A stretch of 64,000 bases of DNA, taken from assembly GCA_947467605.1 (NCBI GenBank), contig CANIII010000003.1:74154-138153 (forward strand), in the 5' to 3' direction. Positions 29,852 through 41,723 of the stretch are shown in pieces. The stretch comes from Acidobacteriota bacterium. Its GTDB lineage: Bacteria > Acidobacteriota > Vicinamibacteria > Vicinamibacterales > SCN-69-37. Positions within the stretch are counted from its first letter, which is position 1, and every line of letters starts with the position of its first letter. The position numbers and the translations under genes are program-made. Under the pieces are notes generated by a model. The model did no database searches. It was not told where the DNA came from and saw nothing but the letters and a program-made list of their open reading frames with translations.

Positions 29852-30357
29852 GGCTCCAGGTAGTCCCGTCTGTATCGCACGTAGTTATCTGCGTATTCCT
29901 TGATCATCGCCACACCGGCGTCGTCGAGCGCGCGCTTGACCTTGCCAGGACTGCCCATCACCAGCGATCGCGGCGGAATGGTGGTGCCTTCCGTGATCAG
30001 CGAGCCAGCAGCGATGATGCAATCCTCACCGATCGTCGCGCCGTTGAGCACGATGGCGCCCATGCCAATGAGCACACGATTCTGAATCGTGCAGCCGTGC
30101 AGAATCGCGCCATGGCCGACCGTGACATCGTCGCCGATCCGCGTCGGATGCGTGTCGTGCTGCACGTGGACCACGGTGCCGTCCTGAATACTTGTGCGGC
30201 AGCCGATGCGAATGAAGTTCACGTCGCCCCGGATCACCGCGGTCATCCACACGCTGCTCTCTTCGCCAATCTCGACGTCGCCGATGACCTGGGCGCTGTC
30301 ATCAACAAACACCGACGGGTGCACCTTCGGCAGGATTCCTTTGTAGGGCCGCAGCAT
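29848..30357 (-). CDS. gamma carbonic anhydrase family protein (hexapeptide repeat, YrdA/PaaY-like)
   Basis: P.V...VFV...A.VIGDV.IGE.SSVW...VIRGD...I.IG..T.IQDG left-handed beta-helix pattern; 169 aa. Confidence 0.88.
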   Translation of the reverse strand: MLRPYKGILPKVHPSVFVDDSAQVIGDVEIGEESSVWMTAVIRGDVNFIRIGCRTSIQDGTVVHVQHDTHPTRIGDDVTVGHGAILHGCTIQNRVLIGMGAIVLNGATIGEDCIIAAGSLITEGTTIPPRSLVMGSPGKVKRALDDAGVAMIKEYADNYVRYRRDYLEP

Positions 30358-30365
30358 GGAGGAAC

Positions 30366-30371
30366 ATTGTA
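30366..30371 (-). promoter_or_regulatory. putative -10 box TACAAT, 8 nt upstream of the gamma-CA ATG (head of the long gamma-CA..era operon)
   Basis: Minus strand reads ggGTACAATgttcctccATG. No SD. Confidence 0.4.
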
Positions 30372-30375
30372 CCCC

Positions 30376-30393
30376 GGGGACCTCACGGTCCCC
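30376..30393. promoter_or_regulatory. perfect inverted repeat GGGGACC-N4-GGTCCCC in the divergent promoter region
   Basis: ggggacctcacggtcccc abuts the TACAAT box on its upstream side. No upstream gene on either strand that it could terminate. Confidence 0.3.
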
Positions 30394-30443
30394 GCGTCGA
30401 CCGCCAGTTGTCGTAGCCGCGCATCTGTAATAATCCGAAGGAC

Positions 30444-32783
30444 ATGTCGAGTCCTTCCACCGCTAATCGGCCGTCCGCAGTGGGCGTCGGCCTGCTGGGC
30501 GCCTTCTTTTTGTCAGGGGCGGCCGCTCTCGTCTATCAGGTGCTGTGGACGCGGCGTCTGTCGCTCGCCTTTGGCGTCACGGTCTACGCGGCCAGCACGG
30601 TGCTGGCGGTCTTCATGGCGGGTCTGGCCATCGGCAGTTACATCGCCGGTCGCGTGGCTGATCGCGTGGAGCGCCCGGTGCGCGTGTTCGCGCTGGTCGA
30701 ACTGTTGATCGCCGTCACCGCGCTGATCACGCCATATGCCCTCCACGGCGTCGAGTCGCTCTATGTGGGCCTCGCGCCCTCGTTGCACGACTCGCAACTC
30801 CTGAAGACGCTGGTGCGCGGTCTGCTCTCGGCACTCGCACTGATCGGCCCGGCGATTCTAATGGGCTCGACGTATCCGCTCCTCTTGCGCGCGGCCAGCC
30901 GAACGGCGACGGGCCTCTCGACCAGCGCCGCGCTGCTCTACGGCGTCAACACCGCCGGTGCGATTGCCGGCACGCTGGCGGGCAGCCTCTGGCTCGTGCC
31001 GGCACTCGGCATGCAGAAGGCCTTCATCGCGGCCGCAGGAATCAACGTGACCGTCGCCGCAGTCGCGTGGATCTTCGGCCGACATCTCGGCGCCGGAAGT
31101 GGCGAGGCGGCATCAGCGGCTGATTCGGTCGCGACCGTCGCACCGCCGTCGGATGGCGCTCGCCGGGCCGTATTGATCGTGATGATGCTGTCGGGCGCTG
31201 TCTCGCTCGCCCTCGAGATCATCTGGTTCCGCATCCTCGTGTTCTTTCTGCGGCCGACAACCTACGCGTTCGCGAGCATGCTCGCCGCGGTGCTCCTCGG
31301 CATGGCCGCCGGCAGCCTCATCATCACGCCCCTCCTGAAGCGCCGCGTCAACTGGGTCTTCGCGCTCGGCATCCTCGAGGCGCTGATCGCCATCATGGCG
31401 CTGACCTCCCTCTACGGCATCGTCCGCAGCTACGACTTGATGGAGCTGATGTGGAAGTGGACGTGGATGCCGGCGCCGTACGACTACGTGCTGCCGCTCC
31501 TCGGTTCGGCCGCGGTGGCGCTGTTGCCCACATCGCTCCTGCTCGGCGCGGCATTTCCGATTGGCGTCGTCCTCTGGTCGGCGGGTGATCAGACGCGGAT
31601 GAGACGCCGCATCGGCACGCTCTATGCGACGAACGTTGCGGGCGCCATTGTCGGCTCACTCGCTGCCGGGTTCGTCCTCGTGCCGATGCTCGGCGCACGC
31701 GCGAGTCTAATTCTCATTGCCGCGCCGCCCATGCTCGGTGCCGTTGCGCTATTCCTCACCTCGGGCGCAAAGACCGCGCGCACCGCTGCGGTGGGCGCCG
31801 TCGTGCTCTTCGCCGCCACCGCCGTCACTGTGCCCGACGTCTTCCGCGACGTCGTCGCGCGCCGCTACGACAATCAGAAGATCCTGTGGCACTCGGAAGA
31901 CGCACAGACCACTGTTGACGTGACGCAGGAAGGCGGCTCGCATCAACTGCTGATCGACGGCATGCATCACGCCACGGATCGCGACGGCGAAGTCACACTC
32001 CATCGCGCGATCGGTCTGCTCGGTCTCGCCGTGCAACCCAGCCCCGGCCGCATCCTCGTCGTCGGCATGGGCGGCGGTGCCACAGCCGGCGCGGCCAGCA
32101 TCATGCCAGGCAGCGTGACGCAGGTCGTCGAGTTGTCACCGTCGGTCGTCGCGGCCGGCGCGTGGTTCAAGAACGCGAACCACAACGTGCTCGAGAACCC
32201 GTCGGTGAAGTTCCGCATCGACGACGGCCGCAACTTCCTGCTGACGACGAATCGGAAGTTCGACGTCATCACGGCCGATCTCATCCTGCCGCATCTGGCG
32301 GGCGCCGGAAATCTGTACTCGCGCGACTACTTTGAGTTGGCGCGACGATCGCTCACACCGACCGGCGTCATGGTGCAATGGATCGCGGCCGACACCGAGT
32401 ATCAGTACAAGATGATGCTCCGCACGTTTGCGTCGGTGTTTCCGTACGTCACGCTCTGGGTCGATCACCAGCTCGCCGTCGGGTCGAATCAGCCGCTCGA
32501 TTTGCGCGAGGAAGACTTCGACCGCAAGATGCTCTCGCCCGAGACGCACGGCGCGTTTGTGGCCAACGGCATCACCGATTTTAAGACGCTGCTGTCGGTC
32601 TACTCGGCCGGCACCAAAGAAGTGCGCGACTACGTCGGCGATGGCCCGATCCTCACTGACGACCTCCCGATCATCGAGTACTTCCTGTCGATGCCGAAGG
32701 GTGGCCCGGCGCCCGATCAGCGACAGATGAAGGGCAACGTCGCGGACGTCTACAAAGGGCCGATCAAGAAGGACCAGCCGTAG
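30444..32783 (+). CDS. fused MFS-like membrane domain / spermidine synthase-like protein
   Basis: About 480 aa of TM helices, then a spermidine-synthase-type methyltransferase fold (ILVVGMGGGATAG.., VVELSPSVV, DDGRNFL, FDVITADL). Confidence 0.8.
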   Translation: MSSPSTANRPSAVGVGLLGAFFLSGAAALVYQVLWTRRLSLAFGVTVYAASTVLAVFMAGLAIGSYIAGRVADRVERPVRVFALVELLIAVTALITPYALHGVESLYVGLAPSLHDSQLLKTLVRGLLSALALIGPAILMGSTYPLLLRAASRTATGLSTSAALLYGVNTAGAIAGTLAGSLWLVPALGMQKAFIAAAGINVTVAAVAWIFGRHLGAGSGEAASAADSVATVAPPSDGARRAVLIVMMLSGAVSLALEIIWFRILVFFLRPTTYAFASMLAAVLLGMAAGSLIITPLLKRRVNWVFALGILEALIAIMALTSLYGIVRSYDLMELMWKWTWMPAPYDYVLPLLGSAAVALLPTSLLLGAAFPIGVVLWSAGDQTRMRRRIGTLYATNVAGAIVGSLAAGFVLVPMLGARASLILIAAPPMLGAVALFLTSGAKTARTAAVGAVVLFAATAVTVPDVFRDVVARRYDNQKILWHSEDAQTTVDVTQEGGSHQLLIDGMHHATDRDGEVTLHRAIGLLGLAVQPSPGRILVVGMGGGATAGAASIMPGSVTQVVELSPSVVAAGAWFKNANHNVLENPSVKFRIDDGRNFLLTTNRKFDVITADLILPHLAGAGNLYSRDYFELARRSLTPTGVMVQWIAADTEYQYKMMLRTFASVFPYVTLWVDHQLAVGSNQPLDLREEDFDRKMLSPETHGAFVANGITDFKTLLSVYSAGTKEVRDYVGDGPILTDDLPIIEYFLSMPKGGPAPDQRQMKGNVADVYKGPIKKDQP

Positions 32784-33808
32784 TGGCGGTACTCGACACC
32801 CTCGGCCGTCCGATCGGCAGCCTGCGGCTGTCGGTCACGGACCGCTGCAATTTGCGGTGTCACTACTGCATGCCCGAGGACGAATACCTCTGGCTCCCGC
32901 GCGAAGACCTGCTGACCTTTGAGGAGATCATCACGGTCAGCGACATCTTCGGCGAACTCGGTGTGGATCGCATCCGCCTCACCGGCGGTGAACCACTGCT
33001 CCGCCGCAATCTGCCTGTGCTGATCGAAGGTCTCGCGGCCAAGCCCTGGCTGCGCGATCTCGCGATGACGACCAATGGCGTGTTGCTCGCCGAAGCGGCT
33101 GCGGACCTCAAACGCGTTGGCCTGCATCGCCTGACGGTGAGTCTCGACACACTGCAGCCGGATCGCTTCCAGCGCCTCGCGCGCATCAACGCGCTGTCGG
33201 ATGTGCTCGAAGGCATCGACGCGTCGCGGCGCGCCGGCTTCACCGGCCTCAAGCTCGATACCGTCGTCACTCGTGGCGACAACGACGATGAGCTGATTGA
33301 CCTGATTGAGTTCGCGCGATCAGTGGATGCGGAAGTGCGCTTCATTGAATACATGGACGTCGGCGGCGCCACGTCGTGGAAGAAAGACGCCGTCGTGACG
33401 CGCAAGGACATGCTCGCTCGAATCGCGGATCACTACGGGCCAGTCACGTCGATTTCCGAGCCGGAGTCGTCCGCGCCGGCCGCCCAGTTCCGACTGCCGG
33501 ACGGCGCGACGTTCGGGATCATCTCATCCACGTCACAGCCCTTCTGCCGCACGTGCGATCGCTCGCGTCTCACGGCCGACGGCGTGCTGCTGCTCTGCCT
33601 CTACGCGCAGCACGGCATCGACCTACGCCGCCCCATGCGCGCCGGCGCGTCACGCGAAACGCTCACCAATCTCATTCGCGCCGGCTGGGAAGGCCGCGCC
33701 GACCGTGGCGCCGAAGAACGCCTCATCGTCGGCGACCGCGGTACGTACATTCCGCTCAAGAAGCTCAAGAAGGAACCGCACCTCGAAATGCATACGCGCG
33801 GCGGGTAG
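32783..33808 (+). CDS. moaA: GTP 3',8-cyclase MoaA
   Basis: LRLSVTDRCNLRCHYCMPE radical SAM motif and C-terminal auxiliary cluster motif SSTSQPFCRTCDRSRLTADG. GTG start shares one base with the upstream stop (TAGTG). Confidence 0.93.
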   Translation: MAVLDTLGRPIGSLRLSVTDRCNLRCHYCMPEDEYLWLPREDLLTFEEIITVSDIFGELGVDRIRLTGGEPLLRRNLPVLIEGLAAKPWLRDLAMTTNGVLLAEAAADLKRVGLHRLTVSLDTLQPDRFQRLARINALSDVLEGIDASRRAGFTGLKLDTVVTRGDNDDELIDLIEFARSVDAEVRFIEYMDVGGATSWKKDAVVTRKDMLARIADHYGPVTSISEPESSAPAAQFRLPDGATFGIISSTSQPFCRTCDRSRLTADGVLLLCLYAQHGIDLRRPMRAGASRETLTNLIRAGWEGRADRGAEERLIVGDRGTYIPLKKLKKEPHLEMHTRGG

Positions 33809-33810
33809 CG

Positions 33811-35724
33811 TTATCGCCGCGTGAACCGTACCGTCCGTTCAGAGGCTCCCGCCTCTGTCCGCGCAGTCACGGTCAGCAGATAATCCCCCGCTGCAAGCGT
33901 CTCGATCGGCAGATCGATGCTGTAGTCGACGACACGCGACGCGCCTCCCGCCACGATGACCTTCTTCTCAGCGTGAACCACGCGATCCTTCGTATCGACC
34001 ACGCGTACTTCCACGGTGACGGACCGCATCGGCACGCGACCACCCTGCACCGTCCGCGCGAGGACCGACACTTTGTCGGTGGCTGTGAAACTTCGATGCG
34101 ATGTGGGGACGATGGGCAACAGCACTGAGAATGCATCGGACGGCGCGGATTTCGGTGCCGGTGAAGACGACAGCGTCAGGGGCGCGAGTGTCAGCGCGGC
34201 TTTGGTGAAATCCGGCACCTCTAAATCGGCAAAGACGCTGCCGCGCAGATTCAGTCGGGGGCCATGGGCGGCGATGCGCAGTTGATATCGCCCGGGCTTG
34301 AGCGCGAGCTTCGCGAAGAGCTCGTATTGCACCCGGCCGTCGGCGTCGGGCCTCATGGAGAGGTTCGCGTCGAGTTGCGTGCTCGCCGCAAACTTCCCAT
34401 TCGTTTCGTACGCAAAGATCTGCGTCGTGAGTAGATCGGAGCCTTCCGCGTCGTCGGTGGGCTGGTTGATGCCGAGCACGACGGCGACGATCGCACCTTT
34501 CCCGTCTGGTGCTGGCGTTGACGTTGTCGCGACCCGCAGCGGCAGGCCGTCTTCCGGCAAGGTATTGCGACGCATCTCGGCCAGTGGCGACGCCGCCGCG
34601 GCCATCGTCGGCTTCGCAGGTGGCACGACCTCGAATGTCTTTCGCGTCTGGACCTTCGCGCCCGGCCGCGACGTGCGGATCTCAACGCGGTGGCGCCCCG
34701 GCGTGTCGGACGAGGACTGGAAACCGATGACATAGAACGTGCTGCTGTCGGCGAACATCTGCGTGACGCCGAGCTCCGGATCCGCCGCACCAACAACGGC
34801 GCGTCCGCCGGTCTCCGCCGCCATGTCGATCAGTGAGCCTTGGGCGAGTTGCGCGACCCTCGGCCCGGCATGACGCGCCAGACCGTCGAAACCTTCGGGG
34901 TCAAACGTGTAGACGCGCACATGCCCGCGCTCCGCCTGTTCGAACATCGCCGTCATCTCCAACAACCAATCCCGTTCAGCGTTGACATTTGGCACAGAGA
35001 CTTCGCTCCCCGCCGTTCCGAACTTCGACATGGTCGGCGCGAACGTCGTCGGATCCATCGGCAACCCGGTGCTGATGAAGACGAGCGTCTTTCGCACCTG
35101 CGAGGCGCTCATCATGCTTTCGATCGATTGCCGCAGCGTTCGCGTGGCCCCCATCATGAAGAGCATCACGTCGCCGTTTCCGCTCCACGATTCCATCGAC
35201 CCGGCTTCGGTCGCGCTGATGGCCGCCAACAGCTGGGCACGATCCGAGGTGAACGGCTGCGCCTTGCTGCTGTTTCGTGTGAAGACGACTGCCGAGCGAT
35301 CGTGGTCACCAAGGCGCGACACGATGTCTGACGCGATGCGTTTGGCATTCGCGATGATCAGTGGATCGCGCGGCATCGTCGCATCATCGACCACGATGAG
35401 GAAGAGTCGTCGATCCTCAATGCGATTGGTGACGACGTCACGGGCGGCGGTCCGTACCCAGGAGGCTTCGCCGGGCGGCACGACGTCGGGCGGCATGTCG
35501 ATCGCTTCGAACGCGACGATCGGCCGCGGCTGACCATCTTCGAGCACGGTGAAGTCGGCGGCGGTGAGACCACGCACGGGTGCGCCTTTGGCGTCAGCGA
35601 CGGACGCGTCGACGCGAACGATGTTCACACCCGCGCGGAACGTGGGCGTCTGCGCGCGCGGTGAAGCGTCGGACGACGCGAGGCACAACGCCAGCAATGC
35701 GGCGAAGACACTACCGAATTTCAT
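33811..35724 (-). CDS. secreted VWA domain-containing protein (acidobacterial VWFA-related type) with long C-terminal beta-rich extension
   Basis: Signal peptide, then TFRAGVNIVRVDASVADAKGAPVRGLTAADFTVLEDGQPRPI (same N-terminal module as the 1202..2125 gene). Confidence 0.7.
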   Translation of the reverse strand: MKFGSVFAALLALCLASSDASPRAQTPTFRAGVNIVRVDASVADAKGAPVRGLTAADFTVLEDGQPRPIVAFEAIDMPPDVVPPGEASWVRTAARDVVTNRIEDRRLFLIVVDDATMPRDPLIIANAKRIASDIVSRLGDHDRSAVVFTRNSSKAQPFTSDRAQLLAAISATEAGSMESWSGNGDVMLFMMGATRTLRQSIESMMSASQVRKTLVFISTGLPMDPTTFAPTMSKFGTAGSEVSVPNVNAERDWLLEMTAMFEQAERGHVRVYTFDPEGFDGLARHAGPRVAQLAQGSLIDMAAETGGRAVVGAADPELGVTQMFADSSTFYVIGFQSSSDTPGRHRVEIRTSRPGAKVQTRKTFEVVPPAKPTMAAAASPLAEMRRNTLPEDGLPLRVATTSTPAPDGKGAIVAVVLGINQPTDDAEGSDLLTTQIFAYETNGKFAASTQLDANLSMRPDADGRVQYELFAKLALKPGRYQLRIAAHGPRLNLRGSVFADLEVPDFTKAALTLAPLTLSSSPAPKSAPSDAFSVLLPIVPTSHRSFTATDKVSVLARTVQGGRVPMRSVTVEVRVVDTKDRVVHAEKKVIVAGGASRVVDYSIDLPIETLAAGDYLLTVTARTEAGASERTVRFTRR

Positions 35725-35744
35725 GGTTCGCGGAAATGATATCG

Positions 35745-37463
35745 CTAGCCGCCGATCTTCAGGTTTTGCACGAGCTGCTGCCCCTCGGTCAGTCGAATCG
35801 GAATCGCGCCGGCGGCGACTTGTTCGAGGAAGGCCGGATCGGCGAGTTGCTGTGGATCCGCATCAACGATCACGGCTAGCAGATAGTCGCCAGGTGGCAA
35901 GCCGGTCACCTGATACCGGCCATCAGACGCAATCTTCACGAGTCCGCTCGTACGCCGCGGTGCTGTGAGCCAGAGCGCGCGATCCGCCGGGATCACAAGT
36001 GCGGTGAATTCCGGCGATGGTCGGCCGGCGGAATCGGTGACGACGCCTGAGATCTCGGTCGCGCGGCCGCTGATCGTCGCCGCGACGCCGCCGATGTCTG
36101 AGCCGGCTCGCACTTCGAGCGGCGCGTCGAGGACATCGGCACCACTGAGCGTGGCGGATACCAGCGTCCACCCCCCGATCCCCGACAGACCGATGCGATA
36201 GCGTCCCGGCGGCACGCCGGTCACGACAAACGAGCCGTCGGCATTCACCGATGCGTCCGGGTTCCGCAACGTCGTGCCGGGAATCCGCCCCTCAGCGACC
36301 AGCGTGACTCGCGCATCGGTCAACGTCGGCAGCGTTGGCGCCGCGATTAGCTGACCAGACACGGTCTGCCCGCGTAGAAAATCGAGAGACACCGACATGT
36401 CTGCGCCATCGACTGTGACCTCAGCGCTGAGATATAACGGCACGGACGTGCCGTTCGGTCCGGGCTCAGATGCACTGCCATAGAAAAGGTAATGGCCAGG
36501 TGCCATGCCGGGCATCACAAAATGACTGTTGGCACCGGGGCGAACGATGCCGGGTCCGGTGAACACGCTTTGACGTGACACGCTGGCGATTCCGATGCTC
36601 GGGTTCTGCGGTGGTCCCGACGGCGCGGTCACGAGCAGGTCGAGTGCCGCTGCGAACACGAGAGCGTTCGTCAGGTCGATGCCGGTGCGCTCCTCATTGA
36701 CTCCGAGAGAAATGACCTGGGCGGTACGTAGATCCGTCACGCCAGGCGCATAGACAATGCTGCGCGTGACAACACGAGGCGTCGTGGACTTGGCGCGAGG
36801 TCCGGCCGATGCTCCGGCACGCGCCGCAGCGTCAGCGGCCTTGATCTCCTCATCGGTCGCCACTTCAGCGCCGGTCAATGTGCCCCCGCCAACGGTCTGC
36901 ACGACGTAGTCCCCGGGCGGCAGACCGTAGATGCGATAGCGGCCGCGATCGTCCGCCACCACGCGCGAGGTGCCGGCCAACGCACTAAAGCGAGGCTCAC
37001 CGGCGACCATCAGGCGTTGCAGCACCGACACCTGCGCCGTCGCCAGTGGTCCGCCAAGTTCGTCGCGTACGGTCCCTTCGATGACCGAGCCACGAGGCAC
37101 ATCAACAGCCAGATCCATCACTCGTTGACCGGCCACGACGGCAATCGGCAGGCTCGGCGGACGACCAGGGCGACGGCTACCGACGAACGTCTTGAGGTAG
37201 CCGCCCTTCTCTACGGTCAACGTGAATCGCCCCGGCGGAAGTTCTTCAAACGCAAACCGCCCGAGCTCGTCGGTCGCGACCTGCCGCACGATGATGCCGG
37301 TCCCGGCGATCGACACGATCGCGCGACGCAGCGGCGTCCGGCTGGTGCCCTCGGTTGTCGTCACCACGCCGCCAATAATCGCGGAACCTGCCGATGGCGC
37401 GGCCGCTGGAAGATCGCGAGGTGTCTGCAGCAGCAGCGAGCACAACAGCATGCTGATCATCAC
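35745..37463 (-). CDS. secreted carboxypeptidase regulatory-like (CarboxypepD_reg) repeat protein
   Basis: Repeated G.V.D..G.P...A.V......TD..GR[FY]....L.PG.Y modules. Overlaps the upstream gene by 4 nt. Confidence 0.7.
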   Translation of the reverse strand: MMISMLLCSLLLQTPRDLPAAAPSAGSAIIGGVVTTTEGTSRTPLRRAIVSIAGTGIIVRQVATDELGRFAFEELPPGRFTLTVEKGGYLKTFVGSRRPGRPPSLPIAVVAGQRVMDLAVDVPRGSVIEGTVRDELGGPLATAQVSVLQRLMVAGEPRFSALAGTSRVVADDRGRYRIYGLPPGDYVVQTVGGGTLTGAEVATDEEIKAADAAARAGASAGPRAKSTTPRVVTRSIVYAPGVTDLRTAQVISLGVNEERTGIDLTNALVFAAALDLLVTAPSGPPQNPSIGIASVSRQSVFTGPGIVRPGANSHFVMPGMAPGHYLFYGSASEPGPNGTSVPLYLSAEVTVDGADMSVSLDFLRGQTVSGQLIAAPTLPTLTDARVTLVAEGRIPGTTLRNPDASVNADGSFVVTGVPPGRYRIGLSGIGGWTLVSATLSGADVLDAPLEVRAGSDIGGVAATISGRATEISGVVTDSAGRPSPEFTALVIPADRALWLTAPRRTSGLVKIASDGRYQVTGLPPGDYLLAVIVDADPQQLADPAFLEQVAAGAIPIRLTEGQQLVQNLKIGG

Positions 37464-39394
37464 TGCACCTTCTTCAGCGTCAGCGAAACCGAGGTGCGCT
37501 GGCCCGCTGTGACGCGCACTGCGGTCGCGAGCGGAGCCAGTTTGGTGAACAAGACTTCGCTGGGAAAATCCGCAAGCAGGCTTTCAGACACCGCCACCGC
37601 CAGATAGTCGCCTGGCAGCACGAATGGCAGCGTGCCCCCGCCAGCAGTTGGCAGCCTCACGCCTCGCAGCCTGGCGCTGGTCGGTGGCAGGTCGCTCCAC
37701 GCGGCCCGATCGGCTGGGAACAACATGAACGTCGCGCCGTCATCAGCATCCGCGCCTGCGACATCGAATACGAGGCTCGCGGGTTGATCGGTGAAGGTGA
37801 CCACCACGTTATTAAGATCTTCTGAAATTTCAACAGGCAGGTCCGCTACTTCGCGACCGCCGACCTGAACCGACTTCAATCGCCAGGGGCCGATGACCAA
37901 TGTTGAGGGACGGATCGTGTATCGGGCGGGTGTCACACCGATCACCGCGAACTGCTGTGTCGGATCCAGCAGGCTCATCGCAGGCGCTCCAGCGATCGAA
38001 CGGAACTGTGGGCGCGTTCGCGTGACGTCAATCCGAAGATTCTTCAGCGCGGCCTCATCGGGTCGCGGACTCGAGCCTTCGAAATCCATTCGGCCGCGAA
38101 TCGAGAAACCCGGTCGCATCGCCAGTTGCAGATTCGCGACGCCCTCCGCGCCCACGCTGACGGGCGCGGCCCCCCATGCGCCCGGTCCACCGACGATCCC
38201 CACACTGTGCTCGACCGCGGACGGGTTCGGCGCGGGCGGCAACGCCGGGTCGTTGAACGCCACGACCGTGTAGCTACCAAGCGGCACAGCGGGAAACGTG
38301 AATCGACCATTCGCGTCTGTGCGAGCCTTCGCCGTCTCGAACAGTGCGGCGTCACGAGAACCGGCCGGCAACAGATGCACGAGCATGCCGTTTGAAGGCA
38401 CGCCCGAAGCGGTCAGTGTTCCAGAGACGATCGCCGTCGGCACGGCACGGACGGTGAGATCGGCCGCCGTGCGATCCTCGCCCGCGGCAATCTCAACCGC
38501 GGCATTCACGTTCAGCGTGGTTGATCCAGGCAGAAACGTCGTCGGCAAGACATACGTGGCGCCGTTGACCGTACGAGGTGGCTGTGTCCCTGTGATCATG
38601 CCAGACGTCCCGGTTGAGACGAGCGAAGTCCCAATGCGAATGCCCGTCAGTTCCGGCACCACCGGCAACACACTCACGCCATTCTTGGCCGCCGCCTCCT
38701 GAAGGCGCGCGGTGACGACGTTGACCGAGTCCATGAGCATCACGGTCTGTGTTTGCGGAACGAATACGATGTAGCGGCCCGGCTCCAGCGAACTGAGTCG
38801 ATACATACCGCGGTCGTCGGTCTTCGTCGTCGGCCCATTCGCCAATGTGCCGTCCGAGGTCACGCGCGCTGCACCGACGACGACGTCAACGAGCGGATCG
38901 CCGGTCTCGTCGGTGACCGTGCCATTCAGGCTCGCACTTCGCCACATGCGTATTTCTGCATCGCTCACGTTCTGGCCTTGGGCGAGCGTGAGCTGTCTCA
39001 GCGCACCATCGGGCCGGCGTTGTCCGAATCCACCAGGGAGGTATGCGCCAATGGGAAATCCAGAACTGTTTGAAATGAACCCATTGGGTCCAGGGAAATT
39101 GCCGCCGACGGTCGCCCGCACCGTCACGCGTCCCGCGGGCACATCGCGAAAGACGAAGCGACCCTGCGCATTGCTCAGCTGGCGTCTCGGTGGACCGACG
39201 GCAACCTGGCCCAACGTCGTCTCGATGCCGAGTTCCAACAGCACGCCGGCCAAGGGCTTGTCCGTTGACGCATCGACGACTCGACCGACGATCAATCCTG
39301 TCGGGTTGGTCGCCGCCTGCTGCTGTCCTTGCGCGATCGGAGCAGCCGCAAGCGCCAGCCACACCACTACCGCACCAGAGATTGCTGTCTTCAT
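37460..39394 (-). CDS. secreted carboxypeptidase regulatory-like (CarboxypepD_reg) repeat protein
   Basis: ORF-track start 39493 trimmed to ATG 39394 (MKTAISGAVVVWLALAAAPIAQG signal peptide). Several CarboxypepD_reg-like modules (GRVVDASTDKPLAGV..NAQGRFVFRDVPAGRVTV). Confidence 0.7.
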   Translation of the reverse strand: MKTAISGAVVVWLALAAAPIAQGQQQAATNPTGLIVGRVVDASTDKPLAGVLLELGIETTLGQVAVGPPRRQLSNAQGRFVFRDVPAGRVTVRATVGGNFPGPNGFISNSSGFPIGAYLPGGFGQRRPDGALRQLTLAQGQNVSDAEIRMWRSASLNGTVTDETGDPLVDVVVGAARVTSDGTLANGPTTKTDDRGMYRLSSLEPGRYIVFVPQTQTVMLMDSVNVVTARLQEAAAKNGVSVLPVVPELTGIRIGTSLVSTGTSGMITGTQPPRTVNGATYVLPTTFLPGSTTLNVNAAVEIAAGEDRTAADLTVRAVPTAIVSGTLTASGVPSNGMLVHLLPAGSRDAALFETAKARTDANGRFTFPAVPLGSYTVVAFNDPALPPAPNPSAVEHSVGIVGGPGAWGAAPVSVGAEGVANLQLAMRPGFSIRGRMDFEGSSPRPDEAALKNLRIDVTRTRPQFRSIAGAPAMSLLDPTQQFAVIGVTPARYTIRPSTLVIGPWRLKSVQVGGREVADLPVEISEDLNNVVVTFTDQPASLVFDVAGADADDGATFMLFPADRAAWSDLPPTSARLRGVRLPTAGGGTLPFVLPGDYLAVAVSESLLADFPSEVLFTKLAPLATAVRVTAGQRTSVSLTLKKVQ

Positions 39395-39460
39395 ACGTCT
39401 CCCGCGCACAGACTGACCCGCGCCTCCGCACAAGTCAATACGCTCAGACGTGCCAGACGT

Positions 39461-39487
39461 AAAAAGGGCGGACCTGAAGGTCCGCCC
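39461..39487 (-). terminator. rho-independent terminator of the radical SAM gene
   Basis: Minus strand reads GGGCGGACC-ttca-GGTCCGCCC followed by TTTTT. Perfect 9-bp GC stem. Confidence 0.8.
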
Positions 39488-39506
39488 CTCCATGCAGTCT
39501 TATCTT

Positions 39507-39578
39507 TACCCGCTCACCCGCTGCACCCGCGCACCTGAGCACCCGCTCACGAGCTCACCCGCGTACCCGCTTACCCGT

Positions 39579-39579
<1 letters not shown>
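39507..39579 (-). repeat. nine tandem octamer units YACCCGCK (GGG-tract repeat on the transcribed strand) between stop codon and terminator
   Basis: Units: tacccgct cacccgctg cacccgcg cacctgag cacccgct cacgagct cacccgcg tacccgct tacccgtc. ACCCGY starts at 39508, 39516, 39525, 39541, 39557, 39565, 39573. Confidence 0.8.
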
Positions 39580-41657
<2,078 letters not shown>

Positions 41658-41668
41658 GAGGCCTCCGA

Positions 41669-41687
41669 CTAACTAAGCAATAGTTAG
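41669..41687. promoter_or_regulatory. perfect AT-rich palindrome CTAACTA-N5-TAGTTAG between promoter and RBS of the radical SAM gene (operator or 5'-UTR hairpin)
   Basis: ctaactaagcaatagttag; 7-bp arms. Sits 6 nt downstream of the predicted -10 and 6 nt upstream of GGAGG. Confidence 0.5.
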
Positions 41688-41694
41688 TGCAGAC

Positions 41695-41723
41695 AATCTA
41701 GCTACCGCACACTTGTTTTGCAA
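41695..41723 (-). promoter_or_regulatory. sigma70-like promoter TTGCAA-17-TAGATT for the radical SAM gene
   Basis: Minus strand reads cgcTTGCAAaacaagtgtgcggtagcTAGATTgtctgca. The -35 is part of an inverted repeat TTTGCA-N9-TGCAAA (41717-41737). Confidence 0.5.
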
